Source: Candidatus Eiseniibacteriota bacterium (lineage in GTDB: Bacteria > Acidobacteriota > Terriglobia > Acidiferrales > UBA7541). Taken from it: a stretch of 64,000 nt of DNA. The stretch spans positions 4,227-68,226 of the forward strand of contig DATMZI010000096.1 in the NCBI GenBank assembly GCA_035607085.1, in the 5' to 3' direction. This document shows, piece by piece, positions 19,261 through 29,559 of the stretch. A model generated the notes under the pieces. The model was not told the DNA's origin, did not search any database, and worked only from the letters and a program-made list of their open reading frames with translations. How positions within the stretch are numbered: the stretch's first letter is position 1; the number at the start of each line of letters is the position of its first letter. Position numbers and translations under genes: made by a program.

Positions 19261-19271
19261 ACGGCCGGGAG

Positions 19272-19301
19272 TTGAGTGCCGGAACGGTACGGCAGTATAA
19301 T
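19272..19301 (+). promoter_or_regulatory. sigma70-like promoter of sodA
   Basis: TTGAGT-N18-TATAAT. Confidence 0.55.
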
Positions 19302-19344
19302 CCGCGGTGTACATCTGTCGGCCCACCGCGCTGAGGAGTTCCTC

Positions 19345-20094
<750 letters not shown>

Positions 20095-20122
20095 GCCGCA
20101 AGAAAGAATCGAGCTGCAATTG

Positions 20123-20158
20123 AAAAGCCCGTGGTGCTTAAGCCCACGGGCTTTTTTT
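20123..20158. terminator. Bidirectional intrinsic terminator between sodA and the convergent LuxR gene
   Basis: AAAAGCCCGTGG...CCACGGGCTTTTTTT. Confidence 0.88.
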
Positions 20159-20187
20159 ATGAGTGCTGCTTGAAACTGCTTTGCGAA

Positions 20188-20802
20188 TTACTGTGCGACG
20201 GCTTCACGACCGGGTATGGCCATGAAAGCGCCGCCGCCGCGGTAGTTCATCACACGCGAAACCAGTGGTCTCGATTCGCGAGTGGCGACCGGGGCGTGAA
20301 CGGGGATATTCGGCGACGTATGCTGCGTCGCTTCGCGGACCAGCTCCATCCTGCCGCGCACGCGGAACTTCGCCAGCAGCGACGAAACATGGAATTTTAC
20401 GGTGCGCTCTGAAAGGTTGAGGGCAGCTGCGATTTCTTTGTTGGCTTGGCTGCGCATCACGCCGTTCAAAACTTCTTCCTCCCGGCGTGTCAGCTTCACG
20501 TGACTTTTGACCGATCGGCCCGCTTCCAGAAGCTTCTGGGCTTTTTCGGTTAGACCAGCAAGGTGAGAAGACTCGGCTTGGACCATCACCACATAGTCTT
20601 CGGGAATCTGGTTGCGGACCATGCAGTGCATGGCCAGCAGCCCGGCAGCCTGTTCGACGGGGAAACGGCCTTGGTCGTCGGACTCGACTTGGAAATGGGA
20701 CACTCCGGTGTTTTTTTCGTAGAAGAAAAACTTCTCTCTTGCAATCGCAGGCTGGGTGGGGTGCATGGAATGCACCTGTGCACTTCTGCGGATCACTCTC
20801 AC
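20188..20802 (-). CDS. LuxR/GerE-type HTH regulator with unrecognised N-terminal domain
   Basis: LTRREEEVL..NKEIAAALNLSERTVKFHVSSLLAKF. Confidence 0.85.
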   Translation of the reverse strand: MRVIRRSAQVHSMHPTQPAIAREKFFFYEKNTGVSHFQVESDDQGRFPVEQAAGLLAMHCMVRNQIPEDYVVMVQAESSHLAGLTEKAQKLLEAGRSVKSHVKLTRREEEVLNGVMRSQANKEIAAALNLSERTVKFHVSSLLAKFRVRGRMELVREATQHTSPNIPVHAPVATRESRPLVSRVMNYRGGGAFMAIPGREAVAQ

Positions 20803-21252
20803 TGGACCTCTCCGTTCGCATTTCCGCCCTGGGGCCAGAAATGCCTCGACGAATATAAATGCACCTCGGAGCGAGGCTAACGTTTACATCTAGATTCAAA
20901 TTGACAGAGAACGGCACCCCGAAACCGGACAAGAGGGCGGATGTCGCGGCCACCGAGCTTCGAGAACGGGTGACGCCGAGGCGCGAGAAGGAGCTGGAAG
21001 GAGCCCGCCTGCGTTCACAACCGAACTGCCATGAGGCGAGCAACTTCAAGGCCAAAGGACCGTACCAGAACTGCCGAAAAATGGTAGAGATATGCACACA
21101 TTTACCCGAAACATTGTATTCGGCTCTGTAGGAATTGCACTCCGAGTGAAAAAAATTCCCTAGTCAACTGGGAAAACTACTAGCGAGCAACTTACAAAAA
21201 GCAGGTCACTGTTTCGCTTTTTATCCGCCGAAGGAGGATTTCCGGTTTTATT

Positions 21253-22449
21253 TCAGCGGTTTACAATTCTTGTCTGATGCGGTGAAACGAGCTCATAGCG
21301 GATTCCACGCCAGCGCATGGTTCGCGTGCACGCCGAGGAGATGAAATTCGCGCAGTATAGATAGGGAATCCACACGCCGATAAGCAAGTGAATCCAAGCC
21401 TGCTGTTGAATCTGTGATCTCAGCGAAGACAGCATCTCTTGTGCGACGGTGACGCGAATGGCGCCGCGGATGGCCGCCAGTAACAGCGGCAAGAATGTAA
21501 GCGCGGCAAATTGCGTAGCGGGATGCCCGGTAAACAGATTTTTCAGGGTAACAAAAACACCCAGCAGTATGGTTGCGGAAAAAAGCAGCTGGGTCAGGCC
21601 GGCCATCATCCACATTTTAGACGAATAAACCCGCGTGATGAGAATCTGGCGGTTGGTAAACTCCATCAATCCGCCGAAGTCGTTTTCGATATAAGAAGCA
21701 GTAAGACATTCCGGAAGAAAAACGATTGGGAGGTTGCGCCGCTGCAGCGCGTTGGTCATCGAATAGTCATCGCTGACTGAATGGCTCCACTCTTCCAGGA
21801 CCGCGGACTGGTCGAAGACGCTGCGCCGGATGGCAGTGCCACCGCCCCAGCAGAAATTCCTGTCCGTGTTTTCGCCCAGCATCGTCACGATCGGTGCGTT
21901 CCACGCCGCTAACAGCAACGTGGCAAGCTCGTTGTTGTTGGCGATGATCCAGCGCATCGTGGTAGTAGCGCCAATACGGGAATCGGTCAAGGGACCGGTC
22001 AACCTGCGGAGCCAGGAGCGGCCGGGCCTCCCATCGGAGTCTGCGAATACCAGTACTTCAAAGTCGGGCGTCAATTGTTCAATTGCGGCGCGGAGGTTAT
22101 TGATTTTTTCTCCGCACTCCTGCGGGGCCCCCGCAATAATCACGTGTGCTTTGCCGTGTGAGCCTGCAACGACTCGCTTGACGATGCTAGCCGCCGGGTC
22201 GGATTCGGATGCCAGCGCGAAAAACACTTCATAGTTTTGGTGATCGAATTCGCAAAGCGCGGTGAGATTCCGTTCCAGGCCGGGTTCCACACCTTTGCAC
22301 GGACACAAAACCGCCGTGCGCGGCGAATAAAATCCCGGATCGGTGGCATTACGACGGCGCGCATAGCCAAGCCAGCGGATCGCTTCGTACACCAGATACA
22401 GCCCAACGGCGATCTCCGCCAAAGCCAGGAAAACAAAAAGATTGTCCAT
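21253..22449 (-). CDS. GT2 glycosyltransferase (ceramide glucosyltransferase/HpnI-like)
   Basis: PCKG, EKINNL, FADSD, GGGTAIR, SDDY, RQILITR, RWRG.Y; TM helices. Confidence 0.85.
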   Translation of the reverse strand: MDNLFVFLALAEIAVGLYLVYEAIRWLGYARRRNATDPGFYSPRTAVLCPCKGVEPGLERNLTALCEFDHQNYEVFFALASESDPAASIVKRVVAGSHGKAHVIIAGAPQECGEKINNLRAAIEQLTPDFEVLVFADSDGRPGRSWLRRLTGPLTDSRIGATTTMRWIIANNNELATLLLAAWNAPIVTMLGENTDRNFCWGGGTAIRRSVFDQSAVLEEWSHSVSDDYSMTNALQRRNLPIVFLPECLTASYIENDFGGLMEFTNRQILITRVYSSKMWMMAGLTQLLFSATILLGVFVTLKNLFTGHPATQFAALTFLPLLLAAIRGAIRVTVAQEMLSSLRSQIQQQAWIHLLIGVWIPYLYCANFISSACTRTMRWRGIRYELVSPHQTRIVNR

Positions 22450-22566
22450 GCGGACCGAGCATAACAAACGCCTGCGGCTCGCGCAGCAGGCGTGTCCGCG
22501 GGTAGAATCGCAGAGGTAAACGGCAGCCCAGCCGCTTATATAGGCTGCCCTCGAGAGGAGAAATCA

Positions 22567-22911
22567 ATGGCGGGGCGTGTGGACTCATCTATGGTGACGA
22601 CGGCGCTGGAACTGCCGGGTTATCGGATCGTTCGCAATTTCGGAGTGGTACGAGGGATTATCGTGCGTTCGCGCAGCGTAATCGGAAATTTGGGTGCGGC
22701 TTTGCAGACGATCGTTGGCGGAAATATCACCATTTTGACCGATCTCTGCGAAAGGACACGCATCGAAGCCTACGAGCTGCTGCTGATGCATGCGGCCGAG
22801 CACGGTGCGAATGCGGTAGTTGGCTTCCGCTACGACGCTACGGAAGTGATGCAAGGCGTTACCGAAGTGCTTGCTTACGGCACGGCCGTTCAAGTCGAGC
22901 CGCATTCCTGA
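22567..22911 (+). CDS. YbjQ/UPF0145 family protein
   Basis: GVVRGIIVRSR..GG....T.L....R..A...GANAVVGFRYD..EVLAYGTAV. Confidence 0.93.
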   Translation: MAGRVDSSMVTTALELPGYRIVRNFGVVRGIIVRSRSVIGNLGAALQTIVGGNITILTDLCERTRIEAYELLLMHAAEHGANAVVGFRYDATEVMQGVTEVLAYGTAVQVEPHS

Positions 22912-22918
22912 TTTGCCG

Positions 22919-23500
22919 CTAGCACTTTCCTACGGCTTCCCGCGCCAGTTTGGCGGCGATTTCTTCGACGCTGGTAAGCGCGCGGCTGGCGGCCAGGCGC
23001 GCCTTTTCCAGAAAGTCCGAGTCCAGCATGAAGGCGCAGCGGTCCACGAAAGGGTGATTAGCCGCTTCGTAGGGCTTGCGGGGGCGGCGCGATGACGCTG
23101 CGCGGGCGAGCAGGTCCTGGTACATTTTCAGATCTGATTGAAAGTCCAGGGAGTCGCCGGCGTTCCAATTCTGCTGACGCGCCAACGCGGAAAGAAATCT
23201 TCGACGGAAGCTCTCCGCGCCCTTGCGCATGACTACCCTTTGTTTTCCGCGGCTGTTCTCGACTGATTCAAACGTGGCAATTTCCAGCGCCCGGACACAG
23301 GCGGCCAGCAGCGCCTCACGCTGCAAGATGGTAAGCAAGTCGCGATAAAGCGGCGCATGTACCTGCAGCGCGTGACGGCCGTTTTCGACGACGTAGGAAT
23401 CCACGAAGCGCGGAATCACCCGTTCGCGCGTCAGGGTCTGTACCAGGTCTTCCGCGAGCTGTGCTGGTGTGTCGCTTGCCGAACTTTGCCCTCGCGCCAT
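22919..23500 (-). CDS. Hypothetical protein (193 aa)
   Basis: Long ORF filling the gap; no recognisable motif. Confidence 0.7.
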   Translation of the reverse strand: MARGQSSASDTPAQLAEDLVQTLTRERVIPRFVDSYVVENGRHALQVHAPLYRDLLTILQREALLAACVRALEIATFESVENSRGKQRVVMRKGAESFRRRFLSALARQQNWNAGDSLDFQSDLKMYQDLLARAASSRRPRKPYEAANHPFVDRCAFMLDSDFLEKARLAASRALTSVEEIAAKLAREAVGKC

Positions 23501-23546
23501 GGTCTTCGGCCATGTTAACAGGACTCCTGTCTTTCCGACGGCATGG

Positions 23547-24869
23547 CTAATTAAAGCGCGTTGTCTTGAAAAGAGAGTATGCGGCGACTGCGAGCATTAG
23601 AAGCGAAGCGAGCGAAAGGAGCAGCAAAGCAGGCCAGTGGAAAGGAATTTGCGGCGTGCGGGCGATTGCCCCGAGATAAAGGAAGGCGCCGGAAGTCGCT
23701 GCTAGTAAAAGCCAGTCTGCCCAGGACCGTGAGGCGTGAATTTCGCTCGATTCGCCAGCGATTGCAGCTCTGGCGTACTCACCGCCGATACCGTATTTTC
23801 TGATTTCGCGCTGCGTCGCTTCTTCCCAGTTTGCGTGTTCGCTGCGCGTTACGGAGGCCAGTGCAATGGCGCCGGCTCCCGCGGCCATCAGTAGCGAGCC
23901 ACCCACGATCTTCGCCGAGTGACCGGCGGTCGCGGCATGCAGTTCGCCAAAGACAAAGACTCCCCATAAAAGTCCCCAAAGCTGATTGGTATTGGACAAG
24001 GGAATGCCGCGGCTGATTCCCAGATACTTCGCGGCATACTGCTGGAACAGGTCTCCGATAACCCAAACAAATCCACCCAACATCAGCCAGAACGCTACAT
24101 CACCGGCCTTCGATAGTTCCTTGATCAGAGCGCCCGCACTACCCGTGTCGACAAGCGCCAGAGTGAGCATCATACCCAGTTCTCCGACGGTGAAAAACGC
24201 AACGAAGGAGAGGGGGTTCATCCCGCTGAGATACGCTTTGCGGTAGGGGATGTACATGGTGCCCCAAAGTGCCCCGGCCGCGAGGGCTGCGACGATTCCA
24301 CGCGCCGCGGCAGTGCCCCCGGATTGAGCCGAAGAGGCCACCGCCAACATCGTGGCGCCAAAAAACATTACTATGGCGCCGCCCACCACCGACCACAAGC
24401 GGCGTTTTTCGGCTCCGCGAAGCTCGCGAAACAACAACCATCCCCAAAACATTCCCAGCAGACTGTTCAGATTCCACAGCGGAAAAGCGACAATAAGGCC
24501 GATGTCGCGAATGGCAAAAACGGTGAGCGTGTTGGCGACGGCCCAGAGGCAGCCCGCCAGAACGCCCCAAAGAATTAGATGTGGCGCCTGGCGTGTGTCT
24601 ACGCTCATCTGCGCAGTGCCGCGAATCAACGCTGGCAGCGTCCAGCGTGCCAGGAATACGCCGGAGACCATCAGCAGGGAAATAATGACCGGTGAGATTC
24701 CAAGGTTCACCAGCTTCGTCGGCGCTTCCGCCGCGCCAAGCCATGCACCCGCGGCGAAGCCCGAAAGGATGCCCACGAATTGCAATTTGCGTAAGCGGCT
24801 CGCGTCCACCTGCATGTTCGCCGCCCGGGGTTGCGGGGAGGCGGTCATCGGGTCCAATGCAGCACCCAA
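23547..24869 (-). CDS. GRP/DMT family sugar transporter-like membrane protein
   Basis: About 12 TM helices; twin repeats GCLWAVAN / GGFVWVIGD, AFPLWNLNSL / GIPLSNTNQLWGLLWG. Confidence 0.8.
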   Translation of the reverse strand: MGAALDPMTASPQPRAANMQVDASRLRKLQFVGILSGFAAGAWLGAAEAPTKLVNLGISPVIISLLMVSGVFLARWTLPALIRGTAQMSVDTRQAPHLILWGVLAGCLWAVANTLTVFAIRDIGLIVAFPLWNLNSLLGMFWGWLLFRELRGAEKRRLWSVVGGAIVMFFGATMLAVASSAQSGGTAAARGIVAALAAGALWGTMYIPYRKAYLSGMNPLSFVAFFTVGELGMMLTLALVDTGSAGALIKELSKAGDVAFWLMLGGFVWVIGDLFQQYAAKYLGISRGIPLSNTNQLWGLLWGVFVFGELHAATAGHSAKIVGGSLLMAAGAGAIALASVTRSEHANWEEATQREIRKYGIGGEYARAAIAGESSEIHASRSWADWLLLAATSGAFLYLGAIARTPQIPFHWPALLLLSLASLLMLAVAAYSLFKTTRFN

Positions 24870-25020
24870 AGACCGAACAGCAACATCCCAGCAGGGATCC
24901 AGAAATGAACGTCGGTGAGGATCGCCGAAACTACGGAACTCGGTTTAGGGCTTTCGAGTGCTCTCATTTGGGCAAGAAAGTACCACAGATTGCTGGCGGT
25001 GCCGGAACCGGGGTTGCGCT

Positions 25021-26742
25021 TCACGGCACGGCTTGCGGAAAAACATACGCATAAAGCATCACCATCGCGCCAACGATGGCCGCGAGCGATACGGAATGCC
25101 AGAACACAAAGCGGAAAATGCTGCCTTCCGCGCCGACCTGGTTGGTGGCGGCGGTTGCGATGCAAATAGATTGCGCGTCGATCATCTTGCCCATCACTCC
25201 GCCAGCGCTGTTTGCAGAGCACATCAGCACTGGGTTCAGCTGAAGTTGCTCCGCTGTGATGCGCTGCAGGCTGCCAAACAGTGCGTTAGACGATGTGTCG
25301 CTGCCAGTCAACGCCACGCCCAGCCATCCAATGTAGGTTCCGAAAAACGGAAACAGCCATCCGGTGCGAGTGAAGGCCAGGCCCAACACCGCGTCCATGC
25401 CTGAATAACGAGTCACGTAACCTAATCCCAGCATGCAGGCCATGGCCACTATCGCAAAGCGCATGCGATACAGCGTTTTGCCAAAGATTTTCAGCATTAC
25501 GCCCGGGCCCAAGCCCAGCACCGCCCCAGCCAGCAGCGCCGCCAGAAAACAAGCCGTGCCAGTTGCGCTCAGCCAATTGAAATCAAACTTTGCGTTCTCC
25601 GGCGTAGGCTTGGCCACCACCGGTTGCGCGCGCAAGACTGCCCTGTGCAGGTAAGGCACGTTCCAGCCGCCGCTGGCAAATGCGGGTGTCGTCGCTTTGC
25701 CCATCGCTGTCTTGATGGAAGGCAGTCCCCAGCACAGCACGAGTACCGACAAGATCGCAAAGGGCATCCAGGCTCTCACAATCTGCCGGCCCGCATACTG
25801 AGCACCTTGCCCCATGGGATGAGCCATGCCGACTTGCCATTGGTCTCCGGTCGCCGCTTTCACTACTTCTTGCTCCTGCTCAGGGCGAACTTGCCTAGCC
25901 GCCCGCTCCTCAGGGAAGCGCCAGACCCGCCTCGGCCGCCAAACGCGCAGAAAGACCAACGTCGCTAGCAGGGAGAAGATTCCGGCGGCGATATCCACCA
26001 GATTGCTGTCCACGTGGTTTGACCAAAAATACTGTGTTCCCGCGAACGAAACGCCCACCGCGAGAATTGCCGGAAGGACTTCCAGTGTCTCGCTCCAGCT
26101 GACCATCGTGCGCACCAGCCAGAAGGGAACAATCACAGCCGTAAAAGGCAGAATCCGACCAATCATCTTGCTCAGATCCCCGTCCGGCAGCCCCGAGACT
26201 AGCGCCAGCGTATGTACGGGTATACCGATCGCGCCCCATGCGACGGGTGCAGTATTCGCAATCAGGTTTAGCACCGCGGCTTGAAACGGCCGAAAGCCCA
26301 GTCCAATCATGAACGCGCCGGCGATAGCGACCGGTGCGCCGAATCCTGCGCACCCTTCGATAAATGATCCGAAGCAAAACGCCACCAGCAACAGCTGCAA
26401 GCGCCGATCCGGCGTAATCGCCGCTACCGATTCCTTCATGATCTCGAACTGCCCGGTCTCCACCGAAATGTCGTAAAGGAAAACCGCGGCGATCACGATC
26501 CAGATAATTTTCAACAGCCCGAACGCGACACCGTAGCCGAAGCTGGCCACTGCCAGTTGCACCGGCATCTTGAATACGGTGATGGCGCAGAGCACCGCCG
26601 TAGCCGCCCCTGCTACTGCGCAGACGTGCGGGCGAACCTTTAACCCTGCCAATAGTCCTAACAGAATTAGGATGGGAAGCGCGGCCAGCAACGTGGAAAG
26701 CCACCAATAGCCCAAGGGATCGTAGTTCTGCGTCCAAGTCAC
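25021..26742 (-). CDS. lctP: L-lactate permease
   Basis: MTWTQNYDP, FIEGCAGFGAPVA, ANTAPVAWGAIGIP, LTGSDTSSNALFG, GKMIDAQSI. Confidence 0.94.
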   Translation of the reverse strand: MTWTQNYDPLGYWWLSTLLAALPILILLGLLAGLKVRPHVCAVAGAATAVLCAITVFKMPVQLAVASFGYGVAFGLLKIIWIVIAAVFLYDISVETGQFEIMKESVAAITPDRRLQLLLVAFCFGSFIEGCAGFGAPVAIAGAFMIGLGFRPFQAAVLNLIANTAPVAWGAIGIPVHTLALVSGLPDGDLSKMIGRILPFTAVIVPFWLVRTMVSWSETLEVLPAILAVGVSFAGTQYFWSNHVDSNLVDIAAGIFSLLATLVFLRVWRPRRVWRFPEERAARQVRPEQEQEVVKAATGDQWQVGMAHPMGQGAQYAGRQIVRAWMPFAILSVLVLCWGLPSIKTAMGKATTPAFASGGWNVPYLHRAVLRAQPVVAKPTPENAKFDFNWLSATGTACFLAALLAGAVLGLGPGVMLKIFGKTLYRMRFAIVAMACMLGLGYVTRYSGMDAVLGLAFTRTGWLFPFFGTYIGWLGVALTGSDTSSNALFGSLQRITAEQLQLNPVLMCSANSAGGVMGKMIDAQSICIATAATNQVGAEGSIFRFVFWHSVSLAAIVGAMVMLYAYVFPQAVP

Positions 26743-26809
26743 AAAACCTCGCAAGCCGTGCCTAAAAGATTGCACCTCGAATCTGACGCGCCGTTTCGTC
26801 AAGCGGGGG

Positions 26810-27964
26810 CTAGTCGTGAGCAGTAGAGAGAGAAATCGCCCGCGTGGATTCGCGAATCACCAGTTCCGGTGTAATCCGCTGATGCGTAATCGTCCAGTCG
26901 CGCTTTTCCTGGGCAGCGGCAACGCCTTCCATGATGATGTTCACCGCCAGGTTGCCCATCACTTCAAGAGGCTGGCGCACGGTGGTCAACGAAGGCGCAG
27001 CCAAAGCCGACAACGCCACATCGTCAAATCCGATGACCGAGCACTGCTCGGGGGCGTGGATGCCTGCTTTATTCAACGCGCGAATGGCACCCAGTGCCGT
27101 CAAATCGTCAAACGCCAGCAGTGCTGTGAACTTTTTTCGCTTTTGCAGAAGTTCCTCGGTCAAACGGAATCCGCCCTCGAACCCGGAATTCGGGTCGAAA
27201 GCCTCCGGCAACTGCGCAGTGAGCCCCGCATCAATCTCCAGGCCCGCCGAGTGCGCAAACTTTTGAATCCCTTTCCAGCGCGGGCCCGAGTCAATCAGCG
27301 TTTTCGGGCCGCGAATGAACGCGATCTTGCGGTGGCCCAGCTTGTGGAGATGCTCGAGCGCCATGCGCCCGCCGGTTTCATTGTCGACCATCACCGAGCT
27401 TACCGTGTCGCCCGGTAGTTCCCATCCAATCGTCGCAGCGGGGATGTTGCGTTTCGAGAAGTCGGCCAGCAGATGGATGTCCACAAACAGCCAGTTTGCC
27501 ACCACAATCAGCGCTTCCACGTGGCGTTCCAGCAACAATTCCAGGTAACGCTCAAAGCGATTCCTCTGGTTGTGCGCGTCCGCCAGGATCGGCACATACG
27601 ATGCCTGGAACAGGGAATTCTCAATGCCGCGCAAAATCGGCGTGCAAAAAGGGTCCGTAATGTCGAAAAACATCACGCCCACGCTGTTGGTCCGTTTGCT
27701 GCGCAGGAACCGCGCCATTACGTTCGGCCGGTAGCCCAGCTTACGCGCAGACTCTTCGATTTTCTTCTTGGTTGCAGGGGCGATGTAACGAGCCAGCGGC
27801 GCGTTGTTCAATACAATGGAAACAGTCGCAGGCGAAAAACCGCTTGAATTCGCCACATCCCTCATGGTTACTGCCGTGGATTTGCCAGACGGCCGTTTCA
27901 CCAATTTTTCCGTGCCAGCATCATCCGGCAGAAGCGTCTCGCTTGGCAATGGCCCAGGCTTCAT
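26810..27964 (-). CDS. LacI family transcriptional regulator
   Basis: TMRDVANSSGFSPATVSIVLN HTH; SVIGFDD, LTTVRQP. Confidence 0.95.
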   Translation of the reverse strand: MKPGPLPSETLLPDDAGTEKLVKRPSGKSTAVTMRDVANSSGFSPATVSIVLNNAPLARYIAPATKKKIEESARKLGYRPNVMARFLRSKRTNSVGVMFFDITDPFCTPILRGIENSLFQASYVPILADAHNQRNRFERYLELLLERHVEALIVVANWLFVDIHLLADFSKRNIPAATIGWELPGDTVSSVMVDNETGGRMALEHLHKLGHRKIAFIRGPKTLIDSGPRWKGIQKFAHSAGLEIDAGLTAQLPEAFDPNSGFEGGFRLTEELLQKRKKFTALLAFDDLTALGAIRALNKAGIHAPEQCSVIGFDDVALSALAAPSLTTVRQPLEVMGNLAVNIIMEGVAAAQEKRDWTITHQRITPELVIRESTRAISLSTAHD

Positions 27965-27969
27965 CGCTG

Positions 27970-29307
27970 TTACTCCGCCGGCACTTCAAACGACAGGGGC
28001 TCGCGAAACCACCGCGTCTTCCAGATTCCGAACGCGATTCCTAGCCCCATCCAAATGCTTCCCAGAATTTTTGCCGGCACGCTCAGGCTCCACCACAATC
28101 CGAGGCAAATAAAAAATCCCAACAGTGGCGGGACAAAGTTGATTATCTTCTTCTCGCCGTGCACAAAATAGCGCATGAACGCTGCCGCGTTCACGCCCAT
28201 AAATGCGATCAACGCCCCGAAGTTCAGCAACTCAATCCCGCGGCCAAAGGTCAGGAAAAACGACCCGACTAACACAATGACTCCGATGAACATCACGTTA
28301 TTGCGCGGAATATGGTGCTTCGCGTCCACTTTGCCGAAAAAGGACTTAGGCAATGCGTTGCTCCTGCCCATTCCGTAGAGGAGCCGCGCCGCGCCAATCT
28401 GAGCGCCCATGCCGGAGCCAAAATTCGCCACCAGCAGTGTCAATCCGACAATCTTAAACAGCGGAGCCCAGGTCAGCGCGGCGGCGTATACGTACGCCGT
28501 GTCCTGGTCCGGGAACGGACGAGCGGCTGGCCACACCAGCTGCGCGATGTATACCTCGGCGGCGGAAAGAAGCCCGATCACCAGGCATGTGCCAACCGTC
28601 GCCAATAAAATATTTCGTTTTGGATTTTCTGCTTCTTCCGAAAGTGTCGAAATTGCGTCGAATCCGATGTAGGTCAGCACCGCCAGAGACGTGCAGCCAA
28701 ACAGATTGCCCCACGTAAAGGTCTCCGGGTCGTAAAACGGCTTGGTGAAGAATCCGGGATCGCTGTGCGGCTGACCCAGAATGTAGCGGATCGCCGCAAC
28801 AAAAACCACGACGACTACCGCGCTCATCGCCGCCGCCATCCCCGCATTCACGCGCGCCGAAGTTTTGATCCCCTGCAGATTCAGCAGCGTGAACACCAAA
28901 GCGAAAAAAATCTTCCAGCCCCATACTGGCAGCCCCGGAGCGAACACGTGCGCCTGCCCGGCGCACCAAATCGTGCAAATCAGCGGATTTACGATGTAGT
29001 CCATCACCATGCTCCACCCGGTGATGTATCCGGCCGAAGGATGGATCTCCTGGGCCACATACGTGAACGCGGAGCCTGCGCTCGGATAAACCCGCGCCAT
29101 TCGCCCGTAACTGATCGCGGTAGAAAGCATGGCTACCATCGCAATCAATACCGCTGTGACCACGTGCCCGCGGCCACGGTCGCTTAGCGCGCCAAACGCG
29201 GACATCGGCGCCACCGGCTGCAGCACGATCATTCCGTACAAGATCAAGTCCCACAGCGTCAGCGTTCGTCTTAGGCCCGGTCCTGCCGAGCCTGCCTGGC
29301 TGCTCAT
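27970..29307 (-). CDS. APC family amino acid/polyamine permease
   Basis: LRRTLTLWDL, PSAGSAFTY, YIGFDAISTLSEE, ARLLYGMGR. Confidence 0.92.
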   Translation of the reverse strand: MSSQAGSAGPGLRRTLTLWDLILYGMIVLQPVAPMSAFGALSDRGRGHVVTAVLIAMVAMLSTAISYGRMARVYPSAGSAFTYVAQEIHPSAGYITGWSMVMDYIVNPLICTIWCAGQAHVFAPGLPVWGWKIFFALVFTLLNLQGIKTSARVNAGMAAAMSAVVVVVFVAAIRYILGQPHSDPGFFTKPFYDPETFTWGNLFGCTSLAVLTYIGFDAISTLSEEAENPKRNILLATVGTCLVIGLLSAAEVYIAQLVWPAARPFPDQDTAYVYAAALTWAPLFKIVGLTLLVANFGSGMGAQIGAARLLYGMGRSNALPKSFFGKVDAKHHIPRNNVMFIGVIVLVGSFFLTFGRGIELLNFGALIAFMGVNAAAFMRYFVHGEKKIINFVPPLLGFFICLGLWWSLSVPAKILGSIWMGLGIAFGIWKTRWFREPLSFEVPAE

Positions 29308-29559
29308 CGCGCTCTGGCCTCCGCGCTGCCTTGTGCTGCCTATAAATTGAAACGATTTAAGTCACAGATTGTGCGGAATTTGCGCGTCCCATGCAACTCT
29401 TTTCCGAACCGGCCGAGTCGCCTGGTGCAGTCTTTGACCTGTTCTAACGGACAGTTTGGCTGCCGGCAACATACTGCGAAATCCGGCAACGAATACCCCC
29501 TACAATACAGTCTAATTAGGTGGACGCGCCCAACTCCCAGGTACGGGCCAGTTGTGTCT

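Noticed and set aside
20859-21131. 90-aa ORF between the LuxR and GT2 genes
   Set aside because: No SD, no motif and atypical composition; probably promoter region.
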